Positions 25,481 to 40,000 of a DNA stretch of 64,000 nucleotides are shown here, piece by piece. Source of the stretch: Mobula hypostoma. Taxonomy: Eukaryota. The notes beneath the pieces are model-generated. The model saw only the letters and a program-made list of their open reading frames with translations, did no database searches and had not been told where the DNA came from. The first letter of the stretch is position 1; every line of letters starts with the position of its first letter. The position numbers and the translations under genes were made by a program. The stretch is taken from NCBI RefSeq assembly GCF_963921235.1, contig NC_086108.1:91452001-91516000 (forward strand), given 5' to 3'.

Positions 25481-27419
25481 GGTGACATGCATGTACTTTG
25501 ATAATATATTAACTTCGATCTTTGAACTTTGAGTTCTGTCTGCATTTTGTGTGCGTTGCTCTGGATTTCCGGCATCTGCAGAATCTCTTGTGTTTGTTTC
25601 CTTGCCTGTGCTGGCCATATATGACTCTAGACTTGCATCAATGCAATTGACTCATAAAATGATCCCTGGAATGGCAAAACAGGAGTTCAAGGGTAACAAA
25701 GGTAAGATTGACACCACAATGGATTTATCCTGAAGCCAAAAGGTCCCATGAATCCACCAGAATTAAACAGGAGATGCATTCCACATATTCACAGGGGTAA
25801 ACGAATGAGAACTTCAAAATGGGAGTGCACAAGGAGTGGTTAAAACTACCCAAAAATGTTAAAAGTCAACTTATCCTAGCTCCACAGTAAGATTGGTAAA
25901 AGATGCTCACATTTACCTTCTTGGGAGCAGCTATAAAAGACGGCATGTTTTCTACTGATGAAGCAGTCTGTGACCATGGAGGAACCATTACAAATGTGAC
26001 ACATCTCCACTTTCAATCCTTGATTTCTATTTATGATTAGGAATCTGGGATCTGTAAGTAGTTTAAAAGTTGTCTACTGAAGAACTCAATTTACAGTCTC
26101 CAAAAGCTGCATTTTACCTTCTGTGAAAACAGATCTAATCGGTCTTAATTGTGAGATGGATTGACCTCCAAAAGGCTTTTAAGTTCTGCATGCATTAGAT
26201 TCAATATACGAGGTAGCACTAGAAAATTATTAAATGAAGGTTACTTTCTATTGCAGAGGCTACATTGAATTATCATTCCTTTCATTTCAGATAGAGTAAT
26301 TACATTTGGATTTTAGAAATAATTTATATTTCTCACTATGCCCAGGTAAACTGGCACAACCCCACACTTATATGCACAGGATCAATTGTCTCCATCTTTC
26401 AAATATAAAATGGCCTTATCATAATAAAAATTAGGAAGGTTGTGTTCAGAGGCCATCTAATATCAGGATAATAGATACATGACTGCATACTCAGTTTGAA
26501 TATTATACATTAATAGCAATTATACAACTTTCCTTTGAAGGTGGAAAATAATGGTAGTTTCCATTTAGCACAATGAACATTCAAGAGAAATATAAGTATT
26601 TGATTCCCTATCCCCAACTCACTAATATGCTTTTGAAATGTGAATCCACTGGGCAGGTATGAATTCCTGGAGGAAATCAATTTTAATCACTATCTCCACC
26701 CCCCAGTCAACAGGTAGAAGAGTTTGGGAGTATGCTAATTAATAAGTGATACCCATATTCAACCAGTCTTGAATGTGCCTACCTTGAAGAAGGGTCTCAG
26801 CCCAAAATGTCGACTCTTTAGTCCTCTTCGTAGATGCTGCCTGACCTGCTGAGACCTCCAGCATTTTGTGTGTTACTTCATGCAAGGGCTGTGGGTTTGA
26901 ATACCCAAGTAATCTGATCTGCAGAGGCAGGTCAGTGACTTTACCCTTAAAATGAGACTTCACTCCTCATAATTTGAGGAATCATAGAACTTAACATTTG
27001 TATCCTAGTGTTTTCTGCGCTGAGAACTCCAGTAGGTAGGCCCGTGTTTATAATTTTTGACTAAAGGAAGATCTGGAGCAAGATAATGCAGAAATTGTGG
27101 CTACTTTAGAAGACGAGGAAAGACTGGACAACTTCCTCAAGATACTCAAGCACATTGTCAGAGGCCTCACAATACTTCCTGCTGACCATATTAACCAATA
27201 ATGATCTGTTACATTGCATACATTTAAAAAAATCATTTGATTCAATCAATCCAAGCTTAGATTTAAGTTTCCTGAACTCCCTCTGAACTTTCCTCCTCAG
27301 ACCCTATCAGACGAAACTTTCATTTCCCTTCCCTGCCATGTAGTTATCTGGATCTATAATATTAATCTCAAACATTCTGAGAGGTAGCCGGTCATGAACT
27401 CTCAGCATGCTTTGCTTAA

Positions 27420-27700
27420 GGATTGCAGCATTAAATGTCAGCAAACAGTAATTAGGGTTCGATTCCTGCCACTGTCTGTAAGGAGGTTGATTGTATTCTC
27501 CTCTTGAATGCATACGTTTCCTCCCACATTTTAAAGATGTACAAGTTAAGGTTAGGGTTAAGTTGTGGACAAGCTATGTAGTTGCCAGAAACCTGGCAAC
27601 ACTTGCAGGCTGCCCCCAATACAATCCTTGTTGATTTGATTTGGAGCAAATTATATATTTCACTCTATGTTTTGATGTACATGTGAAAAATAAAACTAAT
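27420..27700 (+). mobile_element. V-SINE-like element
   Basis: B-box gggttcgattcc followed by tgtaaggaggttg..gtttcctcccacat; reverse-complement relative of 1130-1560. Confidence 0.6.
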
Positions 27701-28899
27701 CAAAAAAGCTAGTGTAAACTTAGTTATTATTCCAACTCATTCCTACAAACGACATACCAGCACTAGGGCACAGCTATATTGGAATTACACTGTTATCTGG
27801 TGCAAAACACTCGGAAAAAATATTATCAGACTTGACCAAATTGTTTTATTTAATATACTGCCTACATTCACATAGTGGCAGGAAGGTAGGTGGTAATTCA
27901 TAAGAATACAACATAGAAATAGAAGCAATATAAACATAAGGCATTCAGACCTTATGTCTTTTCTACCATTCGGTAATAGAAACAAGAGTTAAACAGCAAA
28001 GAGCCCTTCATCCCATTACATCAATGCCAGCCCTTTTGCCCGGCTGCACTAATACCACTTTCTCCCATTAAGATGGCATCTTCCTACATCTTGCTTTTTT
28101 AAAGTGTCACGTACTCCTTAAATTAAATAATTACATCTTATTCTACACCTCTTCCAGCATAACATTACAGGTAATGGCTATTCTCGTGTTAAATAACTTG
28201 CCTCTCTGATTCTGAAGCTTGTGGCTTATCATTTCCTCAGCAACACCTACTTGAACTTGCCCCATATCCTTTGATTCTCTTAGCATGTAAACGTCTATTG
28301 ATCTTTGTATGAAAAAAATGAGCCCTCATGATAGAGGGCTCTGACTTCTATTTAATGATTTCTGCTTTGTCAACAACACAAATTTTAGCATGAGCAAATA
28401 AATTCCATACAAGGTCAATATGTGCTAGTTCAAAATTCTTGTATATAGAAAATAACAATTTAAATAATTCAAATTAAGTGAGACGAGTATCACAGCAATG
28501 TAGGAATTTAACATAAAACATGGAAATTTACAGGCAAGTTAAATTAAGCAACAGTAACACCCAAAAGCGATTTAATGAAAACACTCCCTTAATTTTCAAA
28601 TGTTTGAAGGCAACCTCATGTTAACTGAATTAATTGGATTGAAGAAGGGTGTATATATATTAAAGTATGAAGAACTTATGGAAAATTTCAGTGATGGGGA
28701 AACAGCAGTATAAAATCAAATTGGAATATTGTTTCTGAGGACTAATTAGCATTCAGATTGGTAAAGTGTTTCTTAGTATTAACTACATGTTTACCATCAT
28801 TTCTGTGCTAATTAAAATGCATTATGTGAGTACTTCTAACTAAAATGATTTTTTTTCTCAACATTGAAAAAAAGTGAGACGACAAGGAGTGTATGGCAA

Positions 28900-30140
28900 A
28901 TTGGTTTATTATTGTCACATCTTGGATACCTTCATAAAGATCAAGTCATTACAACAGTTCATTGAGATACTATAAAACAATAAAGTGCAGAATAGAGAGT
29001 TACAGCTACAGATAAAGTGCAGTGCAGGTAGACAATAAGGCCCAAGGCCATAATAAGGTAGATTGTGAGGCCAAGAGTCTTATGGTACTAGGGAACCAAT
29101 CAATAATGCAGTAACAGTGGGTTAGAAGCCATCCTTGAACCAGGTTGTGTATGTTTTCAGGCTTTTGAATCTTCCGCTGGATGCGAGGGAGAAGAGAATG
29201 TTTAGGTGGGTAGGCTCTTTGATTATGCTGGCTGCTTTACTGAGGCAGTAAGAAATAGAGTCTATTAATGGGAGGCTTGTTCCTGTGTTGTCCTGAGTTG
29301 TGTTCACAATTCTCTTAAGTTTCTTATAGCCACATGCAGAGCATTTGGCATGCCAAGCTGTGATGGATCCAGATAGGATACTTATTATGCTGCATTGATA
29401 AAATTGGTAAGAGGCAAAGGGGACATGCAAAATTTCTTTCGTCTCCTGAGGGAGTAAAGGTGCTAGTGAACGTTCTTGGATGCAGAATCAAGTGGATAGA
29501 GCATGACAGGCTATTGGTGATGTTCACTCCAAGCAACTTCAAGCACTCAATTTTGTTCTGCCTCAGCACACATAATGTAGACAGGAATATGTGCAATGTA
29601 CCCCTTCCTGAAGTCAGTGACCAACTCTTCTGTTTTCTGAAATTGAGTGAATAGTTATTGTCATGTCATCGTGTCACTAAGCTCTCTATCTCCTACCTGT
29701 ACTCTGAATAACTATTTGAAATACAGCCCACAACAGATGCATCATCTATAAACTGAGTGGAATCTGGCAGGGAGTAAAATAGAGGGCCGAGGGTACAGCC
29801 TTCTGGGCCACCAATGTTGAGAATAATCATATCAAAGGTGTTGCTGCCTATACATTCTGCTTGCAGTCTATTGGCAGGAATTCAAGGATCCAGTTCCAGG
29901 GGGAAGTGTTGAGTTCCAGTTCTTGAAGTTTGGAGATGAATTTTTTTGGAATTATAGTGTTGAAGATGGAGCTGTAATCAATAAACAATAGACTAACATA
30001 GGTGTCTTTACTATCTAGATGCCGCAAAGATAATGGGCCAGGGAGATGGGGTCTGCCATATGCCTGTTTCAGCAGTAGGTGAATTGCAGTGGGAGGCTGG
30101 AGTTTATGTGTGCCATGCCCAGCCCCTTGAAGTACTTCAT
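28900..30140 (-). mobile_element. decayed Rex1/Babar-like LINE fragment
   Basis: ORFs 29122..29430 (ILSGSITAW..KRIVNT..SGRFKSLKT) and 29324..29596 (LKLLGVNITNSLS). Confidence 0.7.
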
Positions 30141-30329
30141 GAAGTCAGAATAACACTGCTTTATCTAACAAAAAATACTTCTGTTTGATAATAGATCTTA
30201 TCAGATCTATTGACTTTAACAAGTAACCTAGGGAAAATGTACACAGTTGCTTAAGATTTTATCAATTTTTTGAGATATTATCATTTGAGAGCACTTAGCA
30301 ACAAGGCCATCTATTCCATCATCTATATC

Positions 30330-31562
30330 AATGATTTGCCCATCACCACAATAGGTCAATGGCAGGTGCAATCTCAATGGCTCTCCCCTTGGCTTTAGAC
30401 CACCTGGACAACACAAACACCTATGTCAGGATGCTGTTCATCGACTATAGCTCGGCATTTAATACCACCTTTCCCACAATCCTAATTGAGAAGTTGCAGA
30501 ACCTGGGCCTCTGTACCTCCCTCTGCAACTGGATCCTCAACTTCCTAACCAGAAGACCACAATCTGAGTGGATTGGTGATAACACCTGCTCCTCGCTGAT
30601 GATCAACACTGGTGCACCTCAGGGGTGTGTACTTAGCCCACTGCTCTACTCTCTCTATACCCATGACTGTGTGGCTAGGCATAGCTCAAATACCATCTAT
30701 AAATTTGCTAATGATACAACCATTGTTGGTAGAATCTCAAGTGGTGACAAGGAGGCGTACAGGAGTAAGAAATGCCAACTAATGGAGTGGTGCCACAGCA
30801 ACAACCTGGCAGTAAGACGAAAGAGCTGACTGTAGACTTCAGGAAGGGTAAGACGAAGGAACACATACCAATCCTCATAGAGGGATCAGAAGTGGAGAGA
30901 GTGAGCAGTTTTAAGTTCCTGGGTTTCAAGGTCTCTGAGGATCTAACCTGGTCCCAATATATCGATGTAGTTATAAAAAAGGCAAGAGAGCAGCTGTACT
31001 AAGAGTTTGAGGAGATTTGGCATGTCAACAAATACACTCAAAAACTTCTATAGTTGTACTATGGAAAGCATTCTGACAGACTGCATCACTGTCTGGTATG
31101 GAGGGACGACTGCACAGGACCAAAAGTAGGTGCAGCAGGTTGTAAATCTAGTCAGCTCCATCTGGAGTACTAGCCTACAAAGTACCCAGGACATCTTCAG
31201 GAAGCGGTGTCTCAGAAAGGCAGCGGTCATTATAAAGGACCTCCAGCACACAGGGCATGCCCTTTTGTCACTGTTACCATCAGGTAGGAGGTACAAAAGC
31301 CTGAAGACACACACTCAGCGATTCAGGAACAGCCATCTGATTCCTTAATGGACATTGAATCTTTGGACGCTAGCTCAGTTTTTTTTAAAATATACAGTAT
31401 TTCTGTATTTGCACTTTTTAAAATCTATTCAATATATGCAATTGATATACTTATTTGTTATTATTATTTTTTTTCTCTGCTAGATTATGTATTGCATTGA
31501 ACTGCTGCTGCTAAGTTAACAAATTTCACTTCATATGTCGGTGATAATAAACCTGATTCTGA
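30330..31562 (+). mobile_element. Rex1/Babar-like LINE, RT domain to 3' end
   Basis: ORF 30359..30829: [14 protein letters not shown]...[21 protein letters not shown]...KFANDT; tail aataaacctgattctga. Confidence 0.9.
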
Positions 31563-31574
31563 ATAGCTGGCTCT

Positions 31575-32452
31575 GTTGACACGTTTGCAGATGATACGAA
31601 GATTAGTGGAGGGACAGGTTGCTGAGGAAACAGGTAAGCTGCAGAAGGACCTAAATACAACATTGGAAAATGTGTGGTCATGCACTTTGGTAGTAGAAAT
31701 AAATGTGTAGATTATTTTCTAAACAGGAAGAAAATCCAAAAATCTGAGATGCAAAGGGGCTTGGGAATCCTTGTGCAGAACACCCTAAAGGTTAACTTGC
31801 AGGTTGAGTTGGTGATGAGGAAGGCAAATGCCATGTTAACATTCATTTCAAGAGGACTAGAAGTAAGAGAGCTGGGATGTGATGCTGAGGCTTTACAAGG
31901 CACTGCTGAGAACTCACCTTGAATATTGTGAACAGTTTTGGGCTCCTCATCTAGGAAAAGAAGTGCTGGCATTGGAGAGGGTCCAGAGGAGGTTCAAAAA
32001 GATAATTCCAGAAATGAAAGGAACATACGAGGAACATTTGATAGCTCTGGGTATGTACTCGCTGGAATTTATCAGTATGAAGGGGAATCTCATTCAAAGC
32101 TTTTGAATATTGCAAGGCCTAAATAGAGTAGATGTGGAAAGGATGGTTCCCATGTTGGGGGAGTGTAAGACAAGAGTGCACAGCCTCAGGATAGAGGGGC
32201 GTCCATTTAAAACAGAGATGCAGAAAAATTTCTTTAGGTGGTAAATTTGTGGCATTTGTTATCACTGACAGCTGTGGAGGCCAGGTCATTGAGATGTACT
32301 TAAGGCAGAACTTGATGGGTTCTTGACTGGACAGAGCATCATAGGTTACAAAGAGAAGGCCGGGGAGTTGGGTTGAGGAGGGAAGAAAAGGATCATCCAT
32401 GATCGAATGTCGGAGTAGACTCAATGGCCAAATGGCCTAATTCTGCTCCTAT
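31575..32452 (+). mobile_element. CR1 LINE 3' fragment
   Basis: ORFs VMHFGSRNK.. and LRLYKALLRTHLEYCEQFWAPHL..LERVQRRF. Confidence 0.85.
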
Positions 32453-32949
32453 TATGAGTTTCAATATATAGAAAACAAACAATGCCTTTGCCAATGATGA
32501 TAAAGTCAGTAAACAATATTCAAAATGAAGCAATAAGCTAATCTTTATGGTGGTTATATAATAAACAAAGTTTCTGCACCAGCAATCTGAAACACTAAAA
32601 ATATTTCATACAAAGCATGGTTAATCCCAGAATAATCATTCTACAAGACACCACCAGTATTTATGTCCTTAACAATGGATAACATCTTTATCTTGAAACT
32701 ATCAGTATGGCTACTTAAATTGAAACGCCTCAGAAGAATATTCTTTCAACAATTAGTTCAGCACTATGTCAGATTCCTTTTTCAAGTGGAAATTAATTTT
32801 GAAAAGATGAGTGATTATGTTTTCTTGGCAGGTCCAATACAGAAGAAATATTTTCTATCCTAGGCTGCCTCCATTTGTTTTGACAAAATCTGTAACTGTT
32901 TTCAAAGGAAGGTTGGTGTTATCTGTTATTATTCTAGTTCATATCAAAG

Positions 32950-33760
32950 CTAGGATATAGATCAGTTACAGATATGAGCAGAGAAATGTCAGCTGGTTTT
33001 TAATCAAGGTGAGATGTTGCACCTTGGGAAATAAATGTAAAAGCAAAGTATGCAGTCAATGGTAGGACCCTTTACAGCATTGATGTACAGAGCAGTCTTG
33101 AGGTCTAAGTCCATAGCTCCCCAAAAGTAGCTGAGCAAGTAGTTAGGGTGGTAAGGAAAACGTATGGTATGTTTGTCTTCATAGGTCAGGGTGTTGAATA
33201 CAAGGGAAAAAAAGTATTGCTGCAGCTATATAAAACTCTGGTTGCGCTGCATTTGCAGTATTTTGTGCAAATTTGGTAACCCATTACATGGAGGATTGAA
33301 AGCTTTGGAGAAAGTTCAGAAGTTTACTAGGATATTGCCAAGATTAGAGGGCATGTGAGGATTGGACAAATTTGGGTTGTTTTCTCTGGGATGCTGAGGC
33401 TGAGGGGAGATACAAGTTTATAAAATTATCAAGGAATAAATAGTGTGTATAGAATCTTCTTCTCAGGTTATAAACATCAGGCACTAGAGCATAATCATTT
33501 AAGGTGAGGGGGGAAAAGTTTAAAGATGTGAGGGGCCTTTTTTTTAAAAAAAAGAGGGTAAGTTGGATGCCTGGAACAGGCTGTCAAGATACAGTAGTGG
33601 TGGTTAGGAAGCTTATGAATAGGCACATACAGCTGCAGAAAATGGAGGGATATAGGTCATGTGCAGGCAGAAGAGATTTAGTTTAATTTGGCATCACGTT
33701 TAGCAGACATTGAAGACTAAATTGCCGATTCCTGTGCTATATTTTCCTATGTTCTATGTT
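32950..33760 (+). mobile_element. older CR1 3' fragment
   Basis: Decayed tgcagctatataaaactctggt..gcagtattttgtgcaaatttggt motif; tail ctatgttctatgtt. Confidence 0.7.
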
Positions 33761-33896
33761 CATTTTTGCACATTATAGAGATCAGACTGATTTCTGGCAA
33801 AGCTGAATACAGTAAATCTGTGACAAAATATGATTGTTCACTATTACAGAATAAAATAGGAGAAGCATACTACTGCACTATTACCCATTTCATATA

Positions 33897-34596
33897 CAGT
33901 GGATTGTGGTTAATTGGGACACATCGGGATCAGTACATTTTGGCCCAATTAAGGGGCTGTCCCAATTAGCCAAAGTTTCATGGAAATAGTTAAAAAAGTA
34001 CAAGACAAACTGGGTAACAAATTGCGTGTTTATTAAATACAGAATACATTAGAACAGTACTATAAAACTGTTTATTAGTTTTTAATAGTTATTGACGGAG
34101 GAATTCATTCTGTGTAAGCAATGATTAAAATCAGCAGATAATGCACTGCTTTCATACAATACTATCAATGATTGCATCCTATAAATTTTCATTTTTAATG
34201 TAACATTCAAGATGACTGTCAACACCTTCAAATTCCCCATAATTCCTAACCTGCTGAAGTAGTGAAATTGTTTTATATTCACTCCCAGCCATTTCTGGCA
34301 TCTCCAAACCTGAATGCTTGAAACCGCAGTGAGCTAAACAATTTCGAATTGTCTTACTGCATAAGCTCCCGCCAATTACCAGTTACAAAAACACTTTTTT
34401 GATCACAAACACATACAAATGACGCTAGTTAAAACCTATTTGGCAACAGACTCTTGCCCCAATTCTATTGGTATAGTGTCCTATATAAACAAAGGGAATC
34501 TTGGCAATTTTCTGAATTAGCTTTTGTTCTTTAACAGTTGTCCCAAATAAGCAGCTGCCCTGATTAACCAATAGCGCAATTAACTGGAATCCACTG
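33897..34596. mobile_element. pogo/Tigger-like non-autonomous DNA transposon (MITE)
   Basis: TIRs cagtggattgtggttaattg / caattaactggaatccactg, with TA on both sides. Confidence 0.85.
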
Positions 34597-36219
34597 TATC
34601 TATCAAGGGCAAGTTTTCCCTTCCCACCTCAATCACGGAAACTATCCTCCCATTGCTCCATTGTTCACATAGTCTGTATGCATTCAGGATTTATTATCCC
34701 TGCTTTAATTTGTCTTCTGCAATTTTTATTTGCCTGCAGGATGCTTTCTTTAGTTTCTAATATATGCCGAACCTTGAAGTTCCTTCATATAAAACACAAA
34801 TAAAACTTGCACCATCTTACAAAAGCTGTAGCAAGGAAGAGTGCTTAAGAGTCACATGTATATTGAAGACTGTTACAGAAGGGAATATGGAATTATTAGC
34901 TTTAGAGAGGCATAGATTACAAAAGAAATGCTGAACATTTACATTTGCTGCTTTAATTTTCAGCTAGATTGCTTGCATCTCAAGACACTATACTATGGGG
35001 GGGGGGGTGAAGGGGAAGAATCAACAAGGCTGACAGAATGCATGGGGAAAATTTACTAGAATAGTACCAGAAATGTGCAGACACTAAAAGCTGAGATTGT
35101 TTTTCTTACAGCAGAGAAGGTATGTATTCATTGCTGGGGAAGTCAATAACCTAAGGATGCAAACTCAAGATAATTGGCCATGAAGCTGAAAATGATGGAA
35201 GATACAGATTTTGCAGTTGTATGTTATGATTTTAAAAAAAATCATTGCTTGAGAGAAAGGTGGGAGAAAACTGGATCACAACTTTCAAAGAGAAATTGGT
35301 TAAGTTCTTGAAGATAACAGTAGAAGCATGCTACTGGGACTTGAGGACCTGGAGTAGAGGGTAAGTATGAATAGGTTAGGACTTTGTTCCTTGGAGTGCA
35401 GGATAATAAGGACAGATCTTAAAGAGGTGTACAAAATTACAGGAGTATAAATACTGTGAATGCATGTGGGCTTTTTCCTCTCAGGTTGAGTGAGACTAGA
35501 ACTAGGTAGAGGTCATAGGTTGAAGTTGAAAGGTGAAATATTTAAGAAAAATCTGAAGGGGAGCTTCTTCACTCAAATGGGTGTGTGAGTGTGGAATGTG
35601 CTGCCAGCAGAAGAGGGGGAGGCAGGTTCAAATATAACATTTAAGAGAAGTTTGGATAGATACATGACTAAGAGGTGTGGAGGGCAGGTGCAGGTAATGG
35701 GACTAGGCATAAAACCAGGCTGGCACAGGCTAGAAGAGCCAAAAGGCCCATTTCTGTGCTCTAGGTTCTATCACTCTAAAACAACTCAGAGGACATTGGA
35801 TAATTCTGTCAAAGAACTTATACAAGCATACTGAGTGATCCAAGTCCTTCTCTGCTGTAAGGTTCTTTGGTTATAAAGGTGCTCCTCACTGACATTCGCA
35901 CAAGCATTGCCTTCCCAATCTTCCAACAATGCTCGAGTTGTTTTAGGGGATGCCTGAAATCCCACAGAACTTAAAAGCTCACTCATTTATCTTAACTTTT
36001 TCAAGTGGAGGACTGAGTGTAGCCATTAGCTGCTTGCACCAACATCTGTAGCAGTTCTAAGGAAGAGTCTCTGAACCAAATATTAACTGGTTTCTCTTTC
36101 CACAGATGATGCTTTACTTGCTAGTTCATCCAGCATTTCTGTTGTTTCCTCCAGCAGCAGGGCAGTTTGTAGGGAACCTCCAATCCTTACAGGTCGGGCC
36201 ACTTTGTCTTTAGAGAACA

Positions 36220-37030
36220 ACATATATGGTCATGCACTTTGGTAGTAGAAATAAATGTACCGATTATTTTCTAAATGGGGAGAAAATCCAAAAATCTGAG
36301 ATGCAGAGGGACTTGGGAGTCCTTGTGCAGAACACCCTAAAGGTTAACTTGTAGGTCGAGTCAGTGGTGAGGAAGGTAAATGCCATATTAGCATTCATTT
36401 CAAGAGGTCTAGAATACAAGAGCAAGGATGTGATGCTGAGGCTTTATAAGGCACTGGTTAGGCCTCACCTTGAATATTGTGAACAGTTTTGGGCCCCTCA
36501 TCGTAGAAAGGATGTGCTGGTATTGGAGAGGGTCCAGAAGATTCACAAGGATGATTCCAGAAATGAAAGGGTTATCATACGAGGATCGTTTAATGGCTTT
36601 GGGTCTATAATCGCTGGAATTCAGAAGGATGGCAGTGGGGGTGGGAATCTCATTGAAACCTTACAAATGTTGAAAGGCATAAACAGAGTAGATGTGGAAA
36701 GGATGTTTCCTATGGTGGGAGTCTAGGACAGGGGCCAGATCGCGTATTAATGAGCGGATGGTGGGCCAGATAAATGCCATAAAAAACTTGAAATACGGGA
36801 ATTATCTATTTAAATACACCTAGTTATGTTTTGCATCAAATTAATGAATAACGCATGCTAGAAAATCATTTGTGCTCAAGGTTGCCCAGGCCAAGAGGGC
36901 ACAGCCTCAGGATAGAGGGGTGCACTTTCAAAACAGAGATGCGGAGAAATTTCTTTAGCCAAAGGGTGGTAAATTTGTGGGATTTGTTGCCACATGTAGC
37001 TGTGGAGGCCAGGTCATTAGATGTATTTAG
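36220..37030 (+). mobile_element. CR1 LINE fragment with a ~160-bp foreign insert at about 36731-36890
   Basis: ORF 36364..36726: LRLYKALVRPHLEYCEQFWAPH. Confidence 0.85.
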
Positions 37031-40000
37031 ATGCCACTGTAGGACATTAACTTCGTTGTTTTTAAGGCATTCCTGTGTAGCTTTGGCTTTATGCTTGGGG
37101 TCATTGCCTTGCTGGAAAGCAAATCTTCTCCCAAGTTGCAAGTATATGGAGGAATTTAAGATGGAGGGTTATATGGGAGGCAGTGTTTAAGGGTCGGCAC
37201 AAGATTGTGGGCCGAAGGGCCTGTACTGTTTTATGTTCTATATGTTCTCTTGTACACTGTATCAGGTTTTCCTCTAGGATTTCCCTGTATTTGGCAGCAC
37301 TCTTTTTACCCTCCATCTTCACAAGCTTGCCAGGCCCTGCTGCATTGAAGAATCCCCACCAAGATGCAACCACCTCCATGCTTCATGATAGGGATGGTGT
37401 GTTTTTGACAATGTGCTGTGTTTGACTTATACCAAACAGTGGATACCCAAAAGTTCAATTTTAGTTTCATCAGACCATAGAACCATCTTCCAGCTGACTC
37501 CAACCTCCCACATGGCTTCTGGCAAACTCAAGCCGAGATATCATTTGAGTGTTTTCAACAGTGGATTTCTCTTTGCCACTCTCCCACAAAGCTTTTAACT
37601 CCCCCAGAGTTGTTATAGGTCTCTTGGTGCCTCCCTCACTAGTCCCCTTCTTGCACGATCACTCAGTTTTTGAGGACAGCCTGCTCTAGGCAGATTTGCA
37701 GCTGTGCCATATTCTTTTTATTTCTTTATGACTACTTCACTATACTCCAAGGGATATTCAGTGACTTTAAAATTTTCTTGTATCCAACTCCAGACTCATG
37801 CTTTTTAATAACCTTTTCGCAGAGTTCCCTGGAGTGTTCTTTTGTTTTCAAGGTGCAGTTTTTTTTACCAGGATGCTGACTCATCAGTAGTTGGACCTTC
37901 CAGATACAGGTGTAGTTTTACTACAATCAACCTTACTACAAGCACCTTGACTGCACACAGGTGACCTCCATTTAACTAACTATATGACTTCAAAACCAAT
38001 TGGCTGCACCAGTGATGATTTGGTCTGTCATATTAAAGGGAGGTGAATACTTAAGCAATCAATTATTTTGTGTTTTATATCTGTAATTAATTTATATCAC
38101 TTTGTAGAGATCTGGAAACATAGGAAATCTACAGCACAATACAGGCCCTTCGGCCCACAAAGCTGTGCCGAACATGTGCTTACCTGAGAAATTACCTAGG
38201 GTTACCCATAGCCCTCTATTTTTCTAAGCTCCACATATCTGTCCAAGAGTCTCTGAAAAGACCCTATCGTATCCGGCTCCACCACCGTCGCCGGCAGCCG
38301 ATTCCACGCACTCACCACTCTCTGTGTAAAAACACTTATGCCTGATATCTCCTCTGCTTCCAAGCACCTTAAAACTGTGCCCTCTCGTGCTAGCCATTTC
38401 AGCCCTGGGAAAAAGCGTCACACTATCCACACGACCGATGTCTCTCATCATCTTATACACCTCCACCAAATCACCTCTCATCCTCCATCAGTCCAAGGAA
38501 AAAAGGCCAAGTTCGCTCAACCTATTCTCATAAGGCATGCTCCCCAATCCAGGCAACATCATTGTAAATCTCCACTGTACCTTTTCTATGGTTTCCACAT
38601 CCTTCCTGTAGTGAGGCGACCAGAACTGAGCACAGTACTCCAAGTGGGGTCTGACCAGGGTCTTGTATAGCTGCAGCATTACCTCTTGGCTCCTAATTTC
38701 AATTCCACAGTTAACGAAGGCCAATGCACTGTATGCCTTCTTAACCACAGAGTCAACCTGCACAGCAGCTTTGGTTGTCCTATGGGCTCGGACCCCAAGA
38801 TCCCTCTGATCCTCCACACTGCCGAGGGTCTTACCATTATTACTATATTCTTCCATCATATTTCACCTACCAAAATGAACCACTTCACACTTATCTGGGT
38901 TGAACTCCATCTGTCATTTCTCAGCTCAGTTTTGCATCCTATCAATGTCCTGCTGTAACCTCCAACAGCCCTCCACATTATCCACAACACCTCCAACCTT
39001 TGTGTTATCAGCAAATTTACTAACCCATCCCTCCATGTATTTATCCAGGTCATTTATAAAAATCACAATGAGTAGGGGTCTCAGAACAGATCCCTAAGGC
39101 ACACCACTGGTCACCGACCTCCAGGCAGAATATGACCCGTCTAGAACCACTCTGCTTCTGTGGGCAAGCCAATTCTGGATCCACAAAGCAATGTTCCCTT
39201 GGATCCCATGCCTCCTTACTTTCTCAATAAGCTTTTCATGGGGTACCTTGTCAAATGCCTTGCTGAAATTACTACAACTACTGCCCTACCTTCATCAATG
39301 TGTTTAGCCACATCCTCAAAAAATTCAATCAGGCTCGTAAGGCATGATCTGCCTTTCGCAAAGCCATGCTGACTATTCCTAATCATATTATGCCTCTCCA
39401 AATGTTCATAAATCCTGCCTCTCAGGATCTTCTCCATTAACTTACCAACCACTGAAGTAAGACTCACTGGTCTATAATTTCCTGGGCTATCTCTACTCCC
39501 TTTCTTGAATAATGGAACATCCGCAACCCTCCAATCCTCCGGAACCTCTCCTGTCCCCATTGATGATGCAAAGATCATCACCAGAGGCTCTGCAATCTCC
39601 TCCCTCAGTAGCTTGGGGTACATCTCATCTGGTCCTGGTGACTTATCCAACTTGATGTTTTCCAAAAGCTCCTGCACATCCTCTTCCTTAATATCTACAT
39701 GCTCAAGCTTTTCAGTACACTGAAAGTCATCCCTACAATCGCTAAGATCCTTTTCCATAGTGAATATTGAAGCAAAGTATTCATTAAGTACCTCTGCTAT
39801 CTCCTCCGGTTCCATACACACTTTTCCACTGTCACACTTGATTGGTCCTATTCTCTCACATCTTAACTTCTTGCTCTTCACATACTTGTAGAATGCCTTG
39901 GGGTTTTCCTTAATCCTGTTCGCCAAGGCCTTCTCATGGCTCCTTCTGGCTCTCCTAATTTCATTCTTAAGCTCCTTACTGCTAGCCTTATAATCTTCTA

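Noticed and set aside
39216..39926. Longest ORF (236 aa) as a host gene or active retroelement
   Set aside because: It is a fragment of CR1 ORF2; the element is broken into many frames.
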